Origin: Candidatus Bathyarchaeota archaeon
GTDB lineage: Archaea; Thermoproteota; Bathyarchaeia; TCS64
Length of the DNA stretch: 64,000 bases
NCBI GenBank assembly: GCA_963769425.1
Contig: CAVYLP010000003.1
Location: 227,705 to 291,704, forward strand
Direction of reading: 5' to 3'
The notes beneath the pieces were generated by a model. It was not told the origin of the DNA and did no database searches. It was given only the letters and a program-made list of their open reading frames with translations. Below are positions 58,474 to 64,000 of the stretch, in pieces. Positions within the stretch are counted from its first letter, which is position 1; each line of letters begins with the position of its first letter. The position numbers and the translations under genes were made by a program.

Positions 58474-58661
58474 AATGTTTCAAATACAAGTTAATTATTA
58501 AAAATTATCGGGCATCGGGGTCGAGATATAACATCTCCCAAAGAGTGGCCCCGGCGTCCTCCATTTACTAAAAATGATGCGCGCGCGCCGAGGTGGCAGC
58601 GGCTCTCTGATACAACTCGATCGAGGAGAGTTCCGGGTGGGTGCTCATGAAACTAGGGGGC

Positions 58662-59456
58662 TCACGGCAGCGGTTGGAGCTCGCTCGGGAGTGGCTCGTG
58701 CTCCACCCAGGCCCTGATCATGGCGGCGAAGAGGTCGGGCTTCTCCATCCCCCAGTTGTGCCCGACGCCGGGGGCGACGACGCAGGGCACACCGGGGTGC
58801 TCCCCCCGAATCATGCGCGCCGACTTACTGATCAGCCCCGACTCCATCTCCCCGCAGACGACCAGCAAGCCGGACGCATCGGCTATGCTCGGCAGGGGGT
58901 AGGTCATGCTCTCCACGATCACCTGGGTGTAGAAGTCTGGGGTCATGAGCCTAGTGTCCGCCCTGAACTCGGCCTCGTACTCATCCGGGACGCTGAGCTG
59001 CCTCATGTTGGCGTGCACCATGAAGCCGGTGTTCTGGATGGGGGAGTACAGGAGGATTACCAGCTTCAGTAGGGGAGCCATGAGCCTTACGCTGCCGCTC
59101 GGCGACGTGTTCGTTCCGCTGACGATAACCCTGTCCATTAGCTCAGGGCACGTGCTCAGCAGCTGCAATGCGACCTGGCCGCCCAGGGATAGACCAACGA
59201 CGTGGACACGACCTATGGGGACGATTCCCCTGATTAGATTCGCGACCTCATCGGACGCCTTACTTATACTGATTGGGCCGTCAGCCGGGCTCAGCCCGTG
59301 CCCGGGCAGGTCCGGGACTATGCAGCGGTACCCGGGGAGCCTCTGGACCTGGGGGAGCCACGACCAGCCACTCATGCCACCCCCTGGGATGAGAACGATC
59401 ACCGGCGCATCCGAGGGGCCAGAATCCAAGTAATGTAGCAAGGAAACGCCCATCAC
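58662..59456 (-). CDS. Alpha/beta hydrolase
   Basis: PGGG, DLPGHG, GLSLG nucleophile elbow, GH. Confidence 0.92.
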   Translation of the reverse strand: MMGVSLLHYLDSGPSDAPVIVLIPGGGMSGWSWLPQVQRLPGYRCIVPDLPGHGLSPADGPISISKASDEVANLIRGIVPIGRVHVVGLSLGGQVALQLLSTCPELMDRVIVSGTNTSPSGSVRLMAPLLKLVILLYSPIQNTGFMVHANMRQLSVPDEYEAEFRADTRLMTPDFYTQVIVESMTYPLPSIADASGLLVVCGEMESGLISKSARMIRGEHPGVPCVVAPGVGHNWGMEKPDLFAAMIRAWVEHEPLPSELQPLP

Positions 59457-59460
59457 CCCT

Positions 59461-60381
59461 TTATTTTGGGCCAGATGACTTCGCAGCCTCCTCTTTGAGC
59501 TTCCACTTCGTGTACTCCATGAGGCCGATTATATTTGGGATGGCGGTCCTGCGCCTGCTGTCGTCTTCATCGATGCTGAGGCGGAGGATGGGGTCCTGCT
59601 CCTTTAGTAAGTCCCAGACCCCGTTCAGGTCCATCCCCTCTTTCACGCCACGCTCAACGATCTCGGCCCAAGTCTGCAACTCCCCCCTGTAGAACCTGAG
59701 CTTCTTCACCGCATCGTAGGCGTAGCCGAAGTGGCTGTAGCAGACTATCTCGGGACGGAGGTCGATGAGCTTGTCGAGGGTCTCGATGGCTTTGTCGGTG
59801 TTGAAGGGGGGTGGCGTTATTGGGAAGTTGTTCCCACTCCTCTTGTTGAAGCTCCCCCCGCAGTCCCCAAGGATTATTATCTTGTAGTCGGGCTCCCAGA
59901 AGCTCTGCCCGTGGCTCGCGTGCCCCGGCGTCCAGAGAACCTTGAGTGTCGCCCCCTGTAGATCGAGGACCTCCCCGTCCTTCGACTCCTGGATCTTCAT
60001 CGGGTTCAGCCCCTTAACTTCCCCGTACTTCTCGTAGGCGGGGCCGAAGAACTGCTTCGCGGAGGCAGCGAGTCGACTAGGGTCGACTAGGTGCTCCACC
60101 GCCTTCGGGTGGGCGTAGACGTCGGCCTCGGGGTGTGCCTCTATGAGCTTCCACGCGCCACCGCCGTGGTCGAGGTGGATGTGGGTGAGCCCAACATAGC
60201 GTAGTTGCCTTATCCCCAGCTCGCGAAGCCCCTCGATGGCGCCGGGTATCTGGGTCGTCGGTCCAGGGTCGATGAGCATAGGCTCCTCCCCCTTCACCAC
60301 GTATGTCCCCAGCACCCCCTGGGCACCGTGGTATGGTGAGTCGATGAGGTAGACGGGGCCTAGAATCTGCTGGGTGAGCAT
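59461..60381 (-). CDS. Metallo-beta-lactamase-fold hydrolase
   Basis: IDPGP, THIHLDHGGG, TPGHASH, SHFG. Confidence 0.92.
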   Translation of the reverse strand: MLTQQILGPVYLIDSPYHGAQGVLGTYVVKGEEPMLIDPGPTTQIPGAIEGLRELGIRQLRYVGLTHIHLDHGGGAWKLIEAHPEADVYAHPKAVEHLVDPSRLAASAKQFFGPAYEKYGEVKGLNPMKIQESKDGEVLDLQGATLKVLWTPGHASHGQSFWEPDYKIIILGDCGGSFNKRSGNNFPITPPPFNTDKAIETLDKLIDLRPEIVCYSHFGYAYDAVKKLRFYRGELQTWAEIVERGVKEGMDLNGVWDLLKEQDPILRLSIDEDDSRRRTAIPNIIGLMEYTKWKLKEEAAKSSGPK

Positions 60382-60406
60382 ACTTCACCCATGCCTCGTC
60401 GCGTTT

Positions 60407-60991
60407 TTAATCCCTTCGAGTGTTGGACCAGGCGAAGGAGTTGACTATGGCGTTTAGGACGATGCTTGCGCCGATTATAATTATGAAGCCAGGGAGCAGG
60501 GCGGAGCCACTTATGGACCCCTGCCCGTATAGCATGATCAAGTATGCTATGGCGAAGTTACCGAGGGCGCTGACCATGTTGCCGATTCCCCTCATCACCC
60601 GCCCGGAGGCCATCCTTAGCCCACCCTCGAGTATCCCCCAGGCGCCCATGATCACGAAGAAGAGGAAGATGGGCTGCGCCAGGATCAGTGGGAGCATGGT
60701 AGGGCCCGCGGTCCAGGTGCGGAACCAGGCAACGATCTCGTCCCAGACCCACGGGTACTGGAGGTACACCCACGCGATGGCAATGAGGAAGACGCCGAAC
60801 CCGACCCCGTTGAGGTAGTCGGGGCCGCGGTCGAGCCTCTCTACGCGATCCATGCGTCTCTCCCACCTGCGCTCCCACCGGCCCTCGAATGGCGGGGTGG
60901 GGGGAACAGGCTCACCCATCTTGTGCCCGCACCTATCACAGAAAGCGGCGTCGTCGGGAAGCTCCTTACCACACTTCGGGCAGTAGATCAT
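60407..60991 (-). CDS. Zinc-ribbon membrane protein
   Basis: YCPKCG...FCDRCG followed by four TM segments. Confidence 0.82.
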   Translation of the reverse strand: MIYCPKCGKELPDDAAFCDRCGHKMGEPVPPTPPFEGRWERRWERRMDRVERLDRGPDYLNGVGFGVFLIAIAWVYLQYPWVWDEIVAWFRTWTAGPTMLPLILAQPIFLFFVIMGAWGILEGGLRMASGRVMRGIGNMVSALGNFAIAYLIMLYGQGSISGSALLPGFIIIIGASIVLNAIVNSFAWSNTRRD

Positions 60992-61092
60992 GCCAACCAC
61001 TGAGATGCGAGGGTTTAGGGAGAGATATAAGGATAGGGAAAACCGTGCCAACCCATTTTAACCCGGCAAACCCACTAACCCCCTGAACAAAG

Positions 61093-62037
61093 ATGCGCGT
61101 AGCCGTCACAGGGGGAGCGGGATACATAGGCTCCACGCTGATAAGGAATCTACTCGCCGAGAGGCACAGTGTCGCCTCCTTAGACAATCAAGCGAAGGGG
61201 GACTACTGCCACCTACGCGACCTTAACGCAAAGAGCCTCACCTTAATCGAGGGGGATATAAGGAACGCCGGTGACCTCGACACGATCCTCAAAGGGGCCG
61301 ACGCGGTGGTCCACATGGCGGCACTCTCCGACCTCGACGTCTGCAACGAAGACCCCGAGGAAGCGGTCTCTGTCAACATCTATGGCACCCACAAGGTGCT
61401 AGAAGCCGCCGAGCGAAACGGGGTTCGGAGGCTCATCTTCTGTAGCAGCGCGGCCATCTACGGCGTCCCCTCGAGCCTGCCCGTCACCGAGAGGCACGCC
61501 CTCCACCCCCTCAACCTCTACGGCGTCACAAAGCTCGCGGGGGAGAAGCTCATCGACGCCCACCACGTGAACCATGGCCTTGAGACCGTCAACCTGAGGT
61601 TCGGAAACGTCTACGGCGTCGGACTCTACACGAGCTGGGTCGGCGTCATCCCCAAGTTCGTCGCCCTCGGCCTGGAGGGAAAGCCGCTCACAGTATACGG
61701 GGACGGCGAGAGCACCCGCGACTTCGTCCACGTCGAGGACATATCCAGGGCTATAACGTTGGGCCTGACGAAAGAGGGCATACGCAACGAGACCTTCAAT
61801 ATCGGCAGCGAGACCACTACGGTGAACAAGATAGCGAGCCTCGTCGCCTCGGAGATCGAGAAGGCCACTGGGAAGCGCCCAGAGGTCACCCACCTCCCCC
61901 CGCGACCCGGGGAGACCAAGGAGTTCAGCTACAACACATCCAAGATAGAGAGAGCCTTAGGATTCAAGCCCAAATGGAGACTCAGGGACGGTGTCAGGCA
62001 GATAATCGAGTACCGGTTGAAGAACCAGAAGCAGTGA
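61093..62037 (+). CDS. NAD-dependent epimerase/dehydratase (GalE-like)
   Basis: TGGAGYIG, SSAAIYG, YGVTK, RDFVHVED. Confidence 0.94.
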   Translation: MRVAVTGGAGYIGSTLIRNLLAERHSVASLDNQAKGDYCHLRDLNAKSLTLIEGDIRNAGDLDTILKGADAVVHMAALSDLDVCNEDPEEAVSVNIYGTHKVLEAAERNGVRRLIFCSSAAIYGVPSSLPVTERHALHPLNLYGVTKLAGEKLIDAHHVNHGLETVNLRFGNVYGVGLYTSWVGVIPKFVALGLEGKPLTVYGDGESTRDFVHVEDISRAITLGLTKEGIRNETFNIGSETTTVNKIASLVASEIEKATGKRPEVTHLPPRPGETKEFSYNTSKIERALGFKPKWRLRDGVRQIIEYRLKNQKQ

Positions 62038-62046
62038 CGGCGGGGA

Positions 62047-62277
62047 CTACTCGAGGACCACCATCGTCAGAGTTGACCTGACGTGGTTGAGGCGCCTAAC
62101 CTTGCTCGTTATGACGTCCTTGATCTCCTGCATCGTGGGGGCTTCCAGACGGACGACGAAGTCGTAGACCCCATAGACGCCATATACCTCCTTGACCTCG
62201 GGTATCTCCTTCAGAGCCTTGCTGACATCGGTCCCCTCACCGAGATCAGTGTTGATCAAGACAAATGCAACGCTCAT
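62047..62277 (-). CDS. Lrp/AsnC ligand-binding (RAM) domain protein
   Basis: AFVLI...VYGVYD...VRSTLTM, 76 aa. Confidence 0.9.
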   Translation of the reverse strand: MSVAFVLINTDLGEGTDVSKALKEIPEVKEVYGVYGVYDFVVRLEAPTMQEIKDVITSKVRRLNHVRSTLTMVVLE

Positions 62278-62713
62278 GGATGAACCTCAAATGATCCCTC
62301 AACGGGAACTGATTTAACATTTTCTAGGGTTGAGACGTGCGGGAACATATTGTAAATACAGTCAGGCTATGATATTGCCATGTTCATGTTTCTAACGATA
62401 TAAAAGTAAGTCAAGACCATCAATCATCCAAAGCACCCTGAACCTAGACCCAATCCGACTGAATTTCCATCAGCCTTCTCCGGTAAGGTTGGTAAGTATG
62501 AATCGGCGCGTTTTTCAAGTCTCCCCCATGATGGTAGCATAGTATAAGCGTTTTACAGAATAGCTTAATGACTCCTCACCGGTCCTTTGCGATGATTCAT
62601 CTGAGATTGAGTTCACCCGTATGGGTATCGACTGGAGAAGTGGAGGTTCGTTGGGTGGAGTAACATGTTTGCTGGTTGGTCGCGTATGCCTCGCTGGTAG
62701 GAATAAGGAAAAA

Positions 62714-63038
62714 CATCACTTTTTGCACCTGCCACTAGGAATCGAGACTCGTTACGCTAACCAACAGTTGGTCTGTGGTACACAGTAAGGGGGTACAACG
62801 GTACCCGGTAGGAGGGTACTTGGTACCATGTAGGAGGGCACCGACGGTACCCAGTAGGGTGGTACCATGGTACCCTGTAGCGTGGAACCGGCGCACGGGA
62901 TCTGTGTAACATGGTACCATGTAGCAGGGAACTCGATACCACGTAGTATGGTATATGGTACCCTGTAGGGTGGTACGGGGGACCCATTAGGGGGGTATAA
63001 GGTTTTTTCCACGTCTCGGTACCATGTAGCAGGGTACA
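62714..63038 (+). repeat. Array II: ten co-oriented 21-bp units plus a 32-bp inverted copy of the start of array I
   Basis: GGTACC-NNGTAGNNN-GGTACN units at 62777, 62800, 62822, 62846, 62869, 62913, 62935, 62957, 62979 and 63018. Confidence 0.92.
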
Positions 63039-63493
63039 GCGTGTTTTACGCCTCCTTTTGCTCTTCCTAGTGAAGATAAATCTTCGTTTGGAGGAGGACT
63101 GCTGAGACATTCAGGCTATGTGCGAGGCGGTCTGGGCCTCCTCTACTGGTGTCGTTCAAGATGGTTCTTTTCGCTCCCATGGCTAGTTGATGCCTTGCCT
63201 TGGGGCATGTAGAAAACTCATGGGATTTGCTCCTGCAGCAGGGAATATTGTGTGTAAGGATGGTGGTGAGCCGCTATGCTGGTATCCTTCTTTCTTCAGG
63301 GTAGGGGGTAGATGGATGGGGTATTCAACATGATTTCAAAGAGGAAACAGAAGCGTATACCGGCGACTTCTAATTTAACCTTGGAAAGTTGACTTTTACA
63401 GGTAAAAATCGGGGATTGTTCGTTTAGTGTCGAGAAACAATTCGACACAATTCTTAACCCAAACGCCGACGGAGGTCAACCTAGGCGTAGGGC

Positions 63494-64000
63494 TTGGGTC
63501 TGCATAGGGGAGTATCTATAGTCGGCGCGGGGATGACTAGATTTCACAACAGGCTCCACGTCGATAAGACGGGGAGGGAACTGTTCGTTGAGGCTGCACT
63601 CGACGCGGCTGGATCCGTTGACAATGGCTTCAGATTCAGAGACGCTGGAGCTCTCTTTGTCGGCAATTTCACGAGCGACGTCTTCGAGGGGCAGGCGCAC
63701 ACGGCCGCGGTGATGGCGGATTGGTTGGGCATTAACCCTACACCAGCTTATCGCATTGAGGACGCATGCGCGAGCTCGGGTGCTGCACTCAACCTCGGAG
63801 CCATTACAATCGCATCGGGGATGGCTGACGTCGTCATAGTCGGCGGCGTCGAGAAGATGAGTGGGCTCACCACAGATCAGGTCACGGACGCGCTCGCCCT
63901 CGCGGCTGACTCATCCTTCGAGACCTCCGTCGGCTTCACCTTCCCATCTATATACGCGGCGATAGCCTCGTCATACTTCAAGAAGTACAACGCCACCTGG
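63494..64000 (+). CDS. Thiolase (archaeal acetyl-CoA C-acetyltransferase family), truncated by window end
   Basis: Manual translation VSIVGAGMTRF...RIEDACASSG...VGGVEKMS. Confidence 0.92.
   Translation, partial: MGLHRGVSIVGAGMTRFHNRLHVDKTGRELFVEAALDAAGSVDNGFRFRDAGALFVGNFTSDVFEGQAHTAAVMADWLGINPTPAYRIEDACASSGAALNLGAITIASGMADVVIVGGVEKMSGLTTDQVTDALALAADSSFETSVGFTFPSIYAAIASSYFKKYNATW

Larger units (their letters stand above)
56295..58510. mobile_element. Low-GC island of small orphan genes (probable MGE remnant)
   Basis: Visibly AT-rich versus GC-rich flanks, orphan ORFs, internal 27-bp direct repeat; no integrase seen. Confidence 0.6.

Noticed and set aside
62735-63110. ORFs or a CRISPR array across array II
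   Set aside because: All three minus frames are open with Y/P/G-rich repeat peptides and the period is not a constant multiple of 3; most spacers are 1-3 nt and no cas genes are present.
63060-63335. Possible decayed gene right of array II
   Set aside because: Only short interrupted frames with no recognisable motif.

Overview
A 64-kb stretch of an archaeal chromosome, TACK-like and most consistent with Bathyarchaeia. That assignment is my inference from class I LysRS, eS25/eS24/eS31, rpoE1-spt4-DUF359 and BHB-intron tRNAs. It holds the large ribosomal-protein/secY superoperon (3-16 kb, minus strand), hisS, lysS, ileS, coaBC, three tRNAs (two with BHB introns) and a C/D-box sRNA. It also holds two amino-acid catabolic clusters, an ABC exporter/PadR unit, a decayed terminase-like remnant at the left edge and a low-GC island at about 56.3-58.5 kb. 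Several essential genes carry single-base homopolymer indels that look like assembly errors. The most striking unexplained structure is a pair of non-coding arrays at 36.3-36.55 kb and 62.7-63.04 kb. Both are built from the same ~21-bp quasi-palindrome (GRTWCC-N8/9-GGWAYC with an off-centre GTAG/CTAC) and are linked by a perfect 32-bp inverted copy 26.4 kb apart. Other leads: a carbamoyltransferase lacking the canonical ornithine-binding Asp next to an omega-amino-acid aminotransferase, an IleRS with GVHH/EMHKS motifs and a uORF-rich leader, and tRNAs encoding C55/C33. All calls come from reading motifs by eye; no searches were run.
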